NCBI GenBank assembly: GCA_965531145.1
Contig: CBESOE010000007.1
Location: forward strand, 36 to 64,035
Direction of reading: 5' to 3'
DNA length: 64,000 nt
From: an uncultured bacterium
GTDB lineage: Bacteria; Acidobacteriota; JAQAZP01
Part shown: in pieces, positions 1 through 9,501 of the stretch
Numbering within the stretch: position 1 is the first letter of the stretch
Layout of the letters: each line of letters starts with the position of its first letter
The notes under the pieces: model-generated
Databases searched by the model: none
Seen by the model: the letters and a program-made list of their open reading frames with translations, nothing else
Told to the model about the DNA's origin: nothing
Position numbers and translations under genes: made by a program

Positions 1-55
1 AAAAAGAAAAAGAAGGGTTTTAAAAAGAGACTCAAGGACATCTTCGGTTAGACCT

Positions 56-1063
56 TTGGCGGTGGCCCTGCTGGCACCGGCCCTGATCCTCCTGTCGCTC
101 TCGTCCTGCGCCGGCTCTCCGGATGCCGCTACGGCCGAACCGGTGGCCACCACCGGGGCTGCTGTCCACGAGACGGCCTGGCTGCAGCCGGCACTGGTGA
201 TCGAGCATCCCGATTTCTCGGTTCTCGACGGGGTCTGTGTTGGTCCCGACGGCAATATCTACGTTGCGGACAAGGGAACCCATGCCCTTTTTGTTTTTGA
301 TGACAGGGGGCGGTTTCTGCGGCGGTTCGGTGAGCTGGGCAGTGGTGACGGCCAGCTGCACGAACCCACCGGCATCGCCTTTGACCGGGCCGGCCACCTG
401 GTGGTGGTGGATCAGGGCAACGGCAGGGTCCAGCTTTTCGACAGCGGGGGGCGGTTTGTCCGTTCCTTCGGCATCAAGGGCAGCGGGCCGGGCGAGTTCA
501 TCGAACCCCAGGGGATCGCCGTGGACGGCGAGGGCCGCATCCTGATCACCGACGCCACCAGCAACCGGGTCCAGGTCTTCGACAGCGAAGGCCGCTTCCT
601 CCATGGCTTCGGCATGCCCGGTACGGGAGACGGAGAGTTTGACGAACCGGAGTCCATCGTCGTGGACGCCCGGGGCCGGATCCTGGTGGCCGACGAAGGC
701 AACCATCGTGTCCAGGTCTTCGATGCCGCCGGAAAGTTCCTCTTCAGCTTCGGTGGGACGGGCGAGGGGGCGGGCCAGTTCATCAAGGATGTGGAAGGCC
801 TGGTGGTGGATGGCGACGGCCTGATCTACGCCCTTGACGAGCGGGGCGGTGAGATCGAAATCTTCGACGGCGAGGGGCGGTTCCGGGGCAGCTTTGGCGG
901 CGGTCCGGGAGTGGAGCCGGGACAGTTTAACAGTCCCGACGGTATGACGCTGAACGAGGATCTGGGCGTTTTGCTGGTGGCCGACCAGGGCAACCGCCGC
1001 GTCCAATTGTTCCGCCTGGACGATATTCGCCGGGCGGTGGGCAGAGCGGCCACCGCCGGGTAA
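56..1063 (+). CDS. NHL-repeat (six-bladed beta-propeller) lipoprotein
   Basis: Repeated ~40-aa units with the NHL-like consensus (e.g. GNGRVQLFD, SNRVQVFD, GNHRVQVFD). The N-terminus has the lipobox LSLSSC. Start is uncertain: TTG at 56 or GTG at 62, and the frame is open to the window edge. Confidence 0.7.
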   Translation: MAVALLAPALILLSLSSCAGSPDAATAEPVATTGAAVHETAWLQPALVIEHPDFSVLDGVCVGPDGNIYVADKGTHALFVFDDRGRFLRRFGELGSGDGQLHEPTGIAFDRAGHLVVVDQGNGRVQLFDSGGRFVRSFGIKGSGPGEFIEPQGIAVDGEGRILITDATSNRVQVFDSEGRFLHGFGMPGTGDGEFDEPESIVVDARGRILVADEGNHRVQVFDAAGKFLFSFGGTGEGAGQFIKDVEGLVVDGDGLIYALDERGGEIEIFDGEGRFRGSFGGGPGVEPGQFNSPDGMTLNEDLGVLLVADQGNRRVQLFRLDDIRRAVGRAATAG

Positions 1064-1098
1064 CCGGGTGGGGCATTCACCGCGGAAAGGATATCCCA

Positions 1099-1680
1099 AT
1101 GTTCACTGCACTGAACAACAGCAGCCGCAGGGCCTGCTTCATTGCTTGCTGGGCCGTGGTTCTCCTGACCCTCCTGCTCGCCGGCGGCGGTTGCGGTGAG
1201 AGCAAGGTGGAACAATACGCCACCCAGTTGCGGAAGGATTTCGACGCCGACGAACGTGAGGAAGCGGCGGAGAAGCTGGGGGAAATTGGTGACCCGGCGG
1301 CCCTCCCCGCGCTCCGTGCCGCCACCCGGGACCCGGACGACAAGGTGCGGGAAGCCGTGGCCGAGGCCCTGGGTCTGCTGGCTGATCCGGCCGCCGGCAC
1401 CGACCTGGCAGCCCTGCTGCGCGACCCGGAAAAGAAGGTGCGTCGCGAGGCGGTCAAGGCACTGGGCTTGATCGGGGATGCCGAGCGGGTGGTTGATCTC
1501 CTGCCCCTGCTGGGAGACCGTTCCAGTGACATCCGGGAAGAGACCGCCGAAGCCCTGGGCCGGATCGGCTCGCCGCTGGCCCTGCCGGCGCTGCAGCGCC
1601 TGGCCACCGAAGACAGCGACGGGGATGTGCGTCGGATGGCCGGGTTTGCCGCGAGGCGGATCGAGGAGCAGGACCGGTAG
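1099..1680 (+). CDS. HEAT/PBS-lyase-like repeat protein, probable lipoprotein
   Basis: Tandem DP(A/D)..VR..A..ALG..GD repeats typical of HEAT_2/PBS-lyase repeats. Signal peptide with Cys (LLAGGGC). Sits 36 nt downstream of the NHL gene and is probably co-transcribed. Confidence 0.65.
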   Translation: MFTALNNSSRRACFIACWAVVLLTLLLAGGGCGESKVEQYATQLRKDFDADEREEAAEKLGEIGDPAALPALRAATRDPDDKVREAVAEALGLLADPAAGTDLAALLRDPEKKVRREAVKALGLIGDAERVVDLLPLLGDRSSDIREETAEALGRIGSPLALPALQRLATEDSDGDVRRMAGFAARRIEEQDR

Positions 1681-4600
1681 TCACAACACCTTCAGCGCCA
1701 CCGCGGTGATGTCGTCGTGCTGCGGCGCCCCGGCGGTGAACCGCCGGACATCGGCGATGATCGCATCGAGGATCTCTCCGGCGCTCATCCCGCCGGTTTC
1801 CATCCCCTCCAGCAGGATGCGCAGGGATTCCATCTCGTAGAAGCGGTGCGCCTGGTCCTGGCTTTCCGGGATGCCGTCGGTGAGCAGCAGCAGCAGGTCA
1901 CCGGCCTCGAGCTGCACGGCGGTTTCCTCATACTCCCCGTCAGGGATGATTCCCAGCGGCAGTTTCGATCCCTCGGACTTCAGCAATTCAATTTCACCGC
2001 TTGCTCTCTTGAGCAGCGGCTCCATCAGGCCAGCATTGGTGAAGGCCAGTTTCCGTGCGGAGAGGTCGAGCCGGGCAAAGCAGAGGGCGGCAAAGGTGGA
2101 GCGGGAGGTTTTGGTGTAGACCGGCAGGTTGGCTGCCGCCACCACCTCGGCCGCGGAGTGGCTCCGGCGGGCTTCGGCCTGGACCACCCCGGTGGTCAAC
2201 ACGGCGGTGAGGGCCGCATCCATTGATTTGCCGGCCACGTCGGCCACGGCGATGCCGAGGACCGAGCGGTCATCGTCGAGCCAGATGAAATCGTAGAAAT
2301 CACCGCCCACCGTGTTGGCCGGGATGCAGGTGCCGGCGATGTCGTAGCCTTCAGCCCGGGGTGATGCCTGGGGCAGGATGGATACCTGGGTGTCGCGGGC
2401 GGTCTGCAGTTCGCCCCGCAGACCCAGCACCCGCACCCGGTGGCGGTAGGCTGCGGTGACCCCAGCGGCCAGCGCCAGGGCCGCCAGGACCAGGAACCAG
2501 CCCCGCTGCCAGAAGGGCGGGGTGACCGTGATCACCAGCACTGCCTCCTCTTCGCTCCAGACGCCGTCGTTGTTCGAGGCCCGGACCCGCAGGGTGTAAT
2601 GCCCCGGGTCGAGGTTGGTGTAGGTGGCGCGGCGCTGGTTGTCGGCTTCGCTCCACCCCTCGTCCAGTCCTTCCAGCATGTGGGAATACCGGTTCTTCTC
2701 CGGCTGGCGGTAGTTCAGTGCTGAAAACTGGACGTGGATGTTGTTGAAGCGGTGGGGCAGGGTCACCGAGGCCCTGGAGGAATTGGGCCGGCTGTCGGGC
2801 AGCTCCAGCCCGGGAACCGTGATCCTGGTGAGCACCACCGGCGGCACGATGCGGTTCTCGGCGATCTCGTCCGGGTGGAAGCTGCTGTAGCCGTTGATCC
2901 CACCGAAGAACATGGTTCCGTCGGGGCTCTTCCAGGACGACCCGGAGTTGAACTCGTTGCTCTGCAGGCCGTCGCTCATGTCGTAGGTGCGCACAAAGGG
3001 CACATCGCCGGCGGCCGGCGGCCGGAACCGGGCGAGGCCGTTGTTGGTGCTGATCCAGAGATCGCCCGTCTCATCCTCGAGGATGGAATAGATCACGTTG
3101 TTCGGCAGTCCGTCCCCGGCGTAGTAGCGGCGGAATGTCCCAACCGCCGGGTCGAAATGGTTGAGGCCCAGCCCGGTGCCGACCCACAGGGTTCCATCGT
3201 CGGCGGGGTACAGGGAGAGGACCCGGTCGTCGCTGATGGTGGTGGGGTCGTTCGGGTCGTGGCGGAAGCGGTGAAAGGTGCCGGTCTCTTCGTCGTAGCG
3301 GTTGAGCCCGCCGCCGTTGGTCGCCACCCAGATGGTGCCGTCCGTCTGCTGGGCGATGCAGTAGACGCCGTTGGCACTCAGGCTGGCCGGGTCACCGGGG
3401 TCGTTCATGAACCGGGTGAAGGTGCCCGTCCCGGTGTCCATCAGGTTCACGCCGCCGCCGCCGGTGCCGATCCAGAGCCGGCCCGACCGGTCCTCGAAAA
3501 GATACTGCAGGTTGTTGACGCCTATGCTGGTGGGATCATCCGGATCGTTGCGGTAGCTGACAAAATCGTCGCTCTCCGGCCGGTAGCGATTCAAACCGCC
3601 GCCCGCCGTACCGGCCCAGAGGGTGCCCCGGCTGTCCACCAGGGCATACCAGATCGATCTGGCGCTGAGACTGTGGGGGTCTCCGGCCACCGGGAGATAC
3701 TGGCGGTGCTCTCCGGTGACGGCGTCGATACGGGTCAGGCCGCCGGCGACCGTGCCGACCCAGCGATTGCCCCGGCGGTCGCCGGTGATGGTGCGGACCA
3801 CCAGGTGCTGGATGCTGTCCGGATTGCCGGGTATGTGGGTGTGGAGAATGAACGGCTTTCGATCCCGGTCAAAGATGTCCAGCCCGGATCCGGCGCTGCC
3901 GATCCAGACCAGGCCCGAACGGTCCTCCATTGTGGACAGGTTGGAATCGAAGCTGAGAGTGGTCGGATCGCCCGGGACGTGGCGGTATTGACGCCAGCAG
4001 CCGCCCGCGGTATCGAGAGTGCATACCCCGGCCGCCAGCGTGCCGGCCCAGATCACCCCCCGGCTGTCGATGAGCAGTGAGATGATCGGTTGGAGGGCCA
4101 GGTTCACCGTGGACAGGTCCGCCGTGATCCGGGTCACTCGGCCCGACTGCGGGTCGATACTGTTCAGGCCGGACGCCGTGCCGACCCAGATGTGGCCCGA
4201 CGGTGCCTGGCAGAGACTGAGCACCACTGGGGCGCTCAGGGTGGCAGGATCGTCGGGGTCGGAGCGCCAGGCCCTGATCTCACCGCTCTCCGGGTCGAAC
4301 CGTTCCACCCCCCGATTGGTGCCGAGCCACAGCATCCCCTCGTTGTCCTCCAGGATCCTCCGCACCAGCAGGGTGCCGTCCGCCACCACTCCGTTACGTG
4401 ACTGGTTGTGGTGGGTGAAATCGTTTGTCGAGGGCTCGTAGCGGTCGAGGCCGGCCGCGGTCCCGACCCAGATCCGTCCAGCGGCATCACTGTGCACGGC
4501 GATGGTGCGGTCGTGGGACAGGCTGGTTTCCACGTCGCTGACGGCGTGGAAGTGGGTGAAACTGTCGGTGGAGCGATCCAGCCGGTCGAGCCCCTGGATG

Positions 4601-4949
4601 GTGGCCACCCAGATGCTGCCGTCAGCCCCTTCGCAGAGGTCGTTGATGGTGTCGTAACCGAGGCTGTTCGGGTCTTCCGGGTCGTGGCGGTAGACGGTGA
4701 AGGTGTAGCCGTCGTAGCGGTTCAACCCGTCCTCGGTGCCGAACCAGAGAAATCCGGCCTCGTCCTGCATCATGCAGCGGATGCTGCTCTGGGAGAGCCC
4801 GTGTTCCACGGAGAGGTGCTGGAATCCCACCTCGTTCGGTGTCACCGTCCCGCCCTGCACCGGTACCGCCACCAGGGCGATGATGAAGAGGAGCAGGATG
4901 AGGAAACAGTGCTGCTTTCGCAATGACACACGTTGTTCAGGTCTTTTCA
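1681..4949 (-). CDS. Sensor protein with a periplasmic two-component-regulator-propeller/Y_Y_Y domain fused to a PP2C/SpoIIE serine phosphatase
   Basis: Signal/TM segment, then many WxGT..GL.R(Y/F)D propeller repeats. A Y_Y_Y-like segment (YTLRVRASNNDGVWSE) follows, then a TM helix (GWFLVLAALALAAGV). The C-terminus carries the SpoIIE/PP2C motifs GGDFYDF, DVAGKS and TDGIPE. The ORF track extends to 5106, but the likely start is the ATG at 4949 (MKRPEQ...) because the upstream part overlaps the neighbouring kinase. Confidence 0.7.
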
Positions 4950-5017
4950 TAATACTAGTATACGTGGAAACAGCAGTGGAAGGTTCCCCGGCAGGAGAGG
5001 TGGGGGCCGGGGGCAGG

Positions 5018-6928
5018 TTACTTGTCGCGGGCCCGGCGCAGGGTCTCCTCGGTGACGGAAACCACCTGGCGCATCTGCATCGGTTTGGCCAGCACTTTCT
5101 GAACACCGGTGCCCTTCACCTTGGCCTCTTCCACCTGGGCACCCCAGCCGGTCATCACGATCACCGGTATCGACTTGTCGGAGGCCTTGATCCTGCTGGC
5201 CACCTCCCAGCCCGAGATCCCGGGCATGCCGAGGTCGGTGAACACCAGGTCGTACTGGTGCTTGTTGAACAGCGCCATGCCGTCGATGCCGTCCACCGCC
5301 ACATCCACCTGGTGGCCCACCGAGAGGAGAATCTCGCTCACCACTTCGCGGATATACTTGTCATCGTCGATGACCAGGATGCGGCCCTTGTTGCAGCTCT
5401 CACCCGGTGCCTCGCGGGGCGCCTCCTCCCTGGGCTTACCGTTGGCCACCGGCAGGTAGATGGTGAATGTCGACCCCTGGCCCTTCTCGCTGTCCACCAT
5501 GATTTCACCTTCGTGACGTTCGATGATACCGCAGGAGATGCTCAATCCCAGGCCGCTGCCCCGTTTGCCCTTGGTGGTGTAGAAAGGCTGGAAGACCTTC
5601 TCTCGCACTTCGGGGGGAATGCCGATGCCGTCGTCGCTGACCGAAGCGAACACCCGGCCGCTTTTCATCCCGGTGCGCACGGTGATGGTGCCGCTTTCCC
5701 GGATGGCATCCACGGCATTGAAGACCAGGTTGGTCAGCACCTCGCGCAGTTCGTTGCCCCGTCCCAGCACGTGGCGCACGGTGCCGTAGTCCTCGATCAC
5801 GCGGATCTCCACGCTTTCCACCTGGGCCTCGTCCTTCCAGCGGGATCTGGTGATGGCCAGGGTCTCCCGGACCAGGTTGTTCAGGTCGAGCAGTTCCACT
5901 TCGCGTTCGCCGCTGATCCGGCTGAAGCGCAGGATCCGACTCACCGTCTCGGCCCCGTCCAGGGCTGCGCGCTCAACCACCTGCAGCCGTTTTTTCACAT
6001 CGTCCCAGGTCGGGGGTTTCTTGTCCCCCTTGGTGATCAGCAGCTGCACGTGTCCGAGAATGGCGCTGAGCAGGTTGTTGAAGTCGTGGGCCACGCCGCA
6101 GGACATTTCGCCGAGGGTGTGCAGGTTGTTCATCTTCATCACCTGCGTCTCCATCTCCTTGACCGCGGAGAGGTCGCGGATGCCGGCGGCGAGATAGCGG
6201 ATCCGTTCCGGGGTCTTTCCCGGCTGGCTGGTGCGGCGGCCGGTGAAGGGCAGCAGCTTGAAGCTGACCTCGCAGGGGAAGCTGCGGCCGTCGCGGCGCT
6301 GGGCGGTGACGTCTTCGTAGGACAGTTCCTCACCCTCGGGCAGGGCCCGGATACCGGCCAGCAGCTTGTCGCCGTCCACATCGGGGAAGATGTTCTGCAG
6401 GGTGGAGTTGACCAGGTTCTCCGGATCGGCGCAGAGCATCTCCGCGGCCCGGTTGTTGGCCGCGGCCAGCAGGCCGCTCTCGGCCCGGAAGAGCAGCAGC
6501 GGTTCCAGGGCCACCGCCACCAGGCCGGCGGGGTTGATCACCGCCCCGTGCTTTTTCCGCCTGGCCCGGGTCAGTGTGCCCTGGGAGCAGACAAACTTGT
6601 GGTCCTTGCTGTAGACACCGATACTGTGCAGGTCGAACTTGAAGGAGTTGCCGTTGCGGCTGTTGAGGGTCAACGGGTAGCCGCTGGTGGCCCGGTTCCC
6701 GGTGCGCCGTTCGTTGAACAGCCGTCCGGCCAGCGGGCTGCGGTTGATGTCGACGATTCTCGAGTAGTGTTCACCCAGCAGCTCGTCCTGGCTGTAGCCG
6801 AGCATCCGGCTCAGCTTCTCGTCGAGGTAGAGGATGCTGCCGGTGGGATTGACCACATAGGTGGTCTGGGGAAATGCCAACGCCGCTGTACCCTCAGAAC
6901 CTTTGCCGGCTGATTGTGCCCCGCGCAT
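5018..6928 (-). CDS. PAS-domain hybrid sensor histidine kinase/response regulator
   Basis: PAS-like N-terminus. HisKA H-box (CGVAHDFNNLLSAILG). HATPase_c motifs (DDGIGIP; GSGLGLSI). C-terminal receiver (ILVIDDD...DLVFTDLGMPGISGWE). Confidence 0.75.
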   Translation of the reverse strand: MRGAQSAGKGSEGTAALAFPQTTYVVNPTGSILYLDEKLSRMLGYSQDELLGEHYSRIVDINRSPLAGRLFNERRTGNRATSGYPLTLNSRNGNSFKFDLHSIGVYSKDHKFVCSQGTLTRARRKKHGAVINPAGLVAVALEPLLLFRAESGLLAAANNRAAEMLCADPENLVNSTLQNIFPDVDGDKLLAGIRALPEGEELSYEDVTAQRRDGRSFPCEVSFKLLPFTGRRTSQPGKTPERIRYLAAGIRDLSAVKEMETQVMKMNNLHTLGEMSCGVAHDFNNLLSAILGHVQLLITKGDKKPPTWDDVKKRLQVVERAALDGAETVSRILRFSRISGEREVELLDLNNLVRETLAITRSRWKDEAQVESVEIRVIEDYGTVRHVLGRGNELREVLTNLVFNAVDAIRESGTITVRTGMKSGRVFASVSDDGIGIPPEVREKVFQPFYTTKGKRGSGLGLSISCGIIERHEGEIMVDSEKGQGSTFTIYLPVANGKPREEAPREAPGESCNKGRILVIDDDKYIREVVSEILLSVGHQVDVAVDGIDGMALFNKHQYDLVFTDLGMPGISGWEVASRIKASDKSIPVIVMTGWGAQVEEAKVKGTGVQKVLAKPMQMRQVVSVTEETLRRARDK

Positions 6929-7207
6929 TCCTCATCCCTTCCCTGGATCAAGGGCGGCCTGAATGTATTGCATGTTCTAGAAAGAGCCAGCCTTCATCCT
7001 TCTAAAGCGTGATGAGAACCCGGCCCAAGTAGGGGTGCATCGATAGTAGCAGGTTACAGGTAATTATTCAAATGGGAAATTCACCTGTCGTGAGGTCGCC
7101 AACAGACTGAACTGAGGCTGGGAATCATTGATTTTCGTTATATTTTCGTGTAGGGTTGATGCTGAGGATTTTGGCCGGATCCTGGTAACCACACCCGGTG
7201 GTGCAGC

Positions 7208-8422
7208 ATGCAGCAGATACTTCACGTTGACATGGATGCCTTCTTCGTTTCGGTGGAGGAACTGGGCGACCCATCGCTCATCGGGTTACCGGTGGTGGTG
7301 GGCGGCCCGGCGGAGACCCGGGGCGTGGTGGCCGCCGCCTCCTATGAAGCACGAAAGTATGGTATCCACTCCGCCATGTCCATGGCCCGGGCGCAGCAGC
7401 TCTGCCCCTCGCTGGTCCGGGTCTCCAATCGTGGCAGCGACTACTCGGCCTGGTCCCGCTCGGTCTTCGACATCTTCCGGCGCTACACGCCGTGGGTCGA
7501 GCAGACTTCCATCGACGAGGGCTATCTCGATCTCACCGGTTTCGAATCCCTCTATGGCAACCTGGTGCCCGTCTGTGCCAGGATCCGTCAGGCCGTGTTC
7601 GACGAGCTGGGCCTGCAGTGCTCCCTGGGGCTCTCCACCTCCCGCATGGTCTCCAAGGTCGCTTCCGAGCTGGGCAAGCCACGGGGGATGGTGGTGGTGC
7701 TCCCCGGTCAGGAAGCCGCCTTTCTCCGGCCGCTGGACGTGGGACGGATCCCCGGTATCGGGCCGAAGATGCAGGAGCAGCTGCAGCTGATGGGCATTCG
7801 AACCGTGGGTGACCTGCAGGGCCTCGACCCGAAGACGCTCGAGGAACGGTTCGGCAGCCACGGCCCGTCCCTGCTGCGCCGGGCCCGGGGTGAGGACCGG
7901 TCCCCGGTGCGGATCGAACGGCGGCAGCCGAAGTCCATCGGCGCCGAGACCACCTTTCCCACCGACCTCACCGACCGGGACCAGGTGCGGGCAGCCCTGC
8001 GGCGGCTGGTGGAAAAATCGGCCCGTCGCATGCGGCGCAAGGGGTTCGGCTGTAGCTGTGTGACGGTGAAGCTGCGTTCGGACAAGTTCAAGACCACCAC
8101 CGCCGCCTTCACCACCGATGAGCCCACCTGGGTTGACCAGCGATTGTTCGACACCGCCACCGGGCTGCTGGACAAGCTGTGGGGCGGAAGGTTCCCGGTG
8201 CGCCTGGTGGGGGTGCGCTTCACTCATTTCAAACCAATGGAAAATTCCCAGCAGTCCCTGTTCGACGAACCCGACCGTGGAGAACAGCTGGTGACCAGCA
8301 TTGACATGGTACGGGACCGCTTCGGTTTCGACGCGGTGCGAACCGGCCTGGAGTCGCGTACAGGTCAGAAGAAGTCGGAGAAATACTGGGGCGGATTTCA
8401 GAAGGAACAAGACAAGAGCTAA
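7208..8422 (+). CDS. dinB: DNA polymerase IV (Y-family translesion polymerase)
   Basis: N-terminal ILHVDMDAFFVSVE with catalytic DMD. Y-family palm, thumb and little-finger signatures (SIDEGYLD, SKVASELGKP). Length 404 aa. Confidence 0.9.
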   Translation: MQQILHVDMDAFFVSVEELGDPSLIGLPVVVGGPAETRGVVAAASYEARKYGIHSAMSMARAQQLCPSLVRVSNRGSDYSAWSRSVFDIFRRYTPWVEQTSIDEGYLDLTGFESLYGNLVPVCARIRQAVFDELGLQCSLGLSTSRMVSKVASELGKPRGMVVVLPGQEAAFLRPLDVGRIPGIGPKMQEQLQLMGIRTVGDLQGLDPKTLEERFGSHGPSLLRRARGEDRSPVRIERRQPKSIGAETTFPTDLTDRDQVRAALRRLVEKSARRMRRKGFGCSCVTVKLRSDKFKTTTAAFTTDEPTWVDQRLFDTATGLLDKLWGGRFPVRLVGVRFTHFKPMENSQQSLFDEPDRGEQLVTSIDMVRDRFGFDAVRTGLESRTGQKKSEKYWGGFQKEQDKS

Positions 8423-8555
8423 AGGCACAATCAAAACCTTGTCAGCAGGTCGAGAGCAAGGCGACGGCCGACGAGAAAGCGCAGCATACTCTTTTGTATG
8501 TGAGCATTTCGAGGAGACCGTTAACGCTGCTATCGGGCTGCTGCTGAGGTTTTGA

Positions 8556-9476
8556 TCAGAACAATCCCGGCTGACTGCCGGGGGGATACTCGCGGATTTC
8601 CTCAAGCCGCGGGTGCCGGGCGGCCAGGGCATCGGGCACCACCACCTTCTTCCCACTGACCATCTGCATCAACTCGAGACCGTTGACCACGGCCTGGCCG
8701 AGGAAGTGGTTGTTGGTCACCACAAAGGTCTGCCCGGCCCGTTTGGCGATTCGTTTGATCCGATCCCTCCAGGAGACCAGTTCCTTGCGGTTGTAGAGGT
8801 AATCGTAGCGCTGGTTGCGGTCGGCATCCTTGCTGAACCAGTTGTCCCGGTTGCGGCCGTGGAAGCGGACGTAGCCCACTCCGCCGCTGGCCTGTTCCGT
8901 GGCACCGAGGGAGTCGCCCACCTGCGGCTGGTCGATGCTGCACCAGCCGATGTCGAGGCCGGTGAAAAAGTGTGCCGCGCTCTTCACGTCCCAGGAGCCG
9001 TGACGCACCTCCACCACCGGACGGTAGCGCCGGAACCGCTGGGCCAGATCCACGATCAGCTCGCGGTTCTGCGGCAGGTCGCGGAAGGACCAGGGGAACT
9101 GCACCAGCATTGCTCCCAGCCGGCCGGCATCCTGCAGCGGGTCGAGGGCGGCGGCAAACCGGGCGGCCTCCTCCGGGCCGGCCTGGCCCGGGCGGTGGGT
9201 GAAGTCCTGGAAGAGCTTGACGGTGAAACGGAAGTCGGGCCACTCTTCCACGGTGTGCACCCATTTCTCGGTGGTGCGCTGCTCGGGGATGGAATAGAAC
9301 GAGCTGTTCACCTCCACCATGGGGAAGTGCCGGGCGATGAATCCGAGCCTGTCCCTTGTTCCCCTGGGGTAGACCCGGCCTTCCCAGTCCGGGTAGGACC
9401 AGCCCGCCGTCCCCACCCGGATCTGATCCGCCGTCACCCGGCTGCTTTGCTGCTGCTCCACCAGTAGTTCCTCCAT
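8556..9476 (-). CDS. DUF72 family protein
   Basis: Hallmark GTAGWSYPDWEGRVYP N-terminal motif. About 300 aa. Confidence 0.7.
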   Translation of the reverse strand: MEELLVEQQQSSRVTADQIRVGTAGWSYPDWEGRVYPRGTRDRLGFIARHFPMVEVNSSFYSIPEQRTTEKWVHTVEEWPDFRFTVKLFQDFTHRPGQAGPEEAARFAAALDPLQDAGRLGAMLVQFPWSFRDLPQNRELIVDLAQRFRRYRPVVEVRHGSWDVKSAAHFFTGLDIGWCSIDQPQVGDSLGATEQASGGVGYVRFHGRNRDNWFSKDADRNQRYDYLYNRKELVSWRDRIKRIAKRAGQTFVVTNNHFLGQAVVNGLELMQMVSGKKVVVPDALAARHPRLEEIREYPPGSQPGLF

Positions 9477-9501
9477 GGGGTTGTCACAACTGTAGCCCGT
9501 C

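Noticed and set aside
6929-7207. Canonical LexA/SOS box upstream of dinB
   Set aside because: No CTGT-N8-ACAG or GGTT-N10-ACC match. Only the CAGGTAATT/AATTCACCTG near-palindrome was retained as a low-interest finding.
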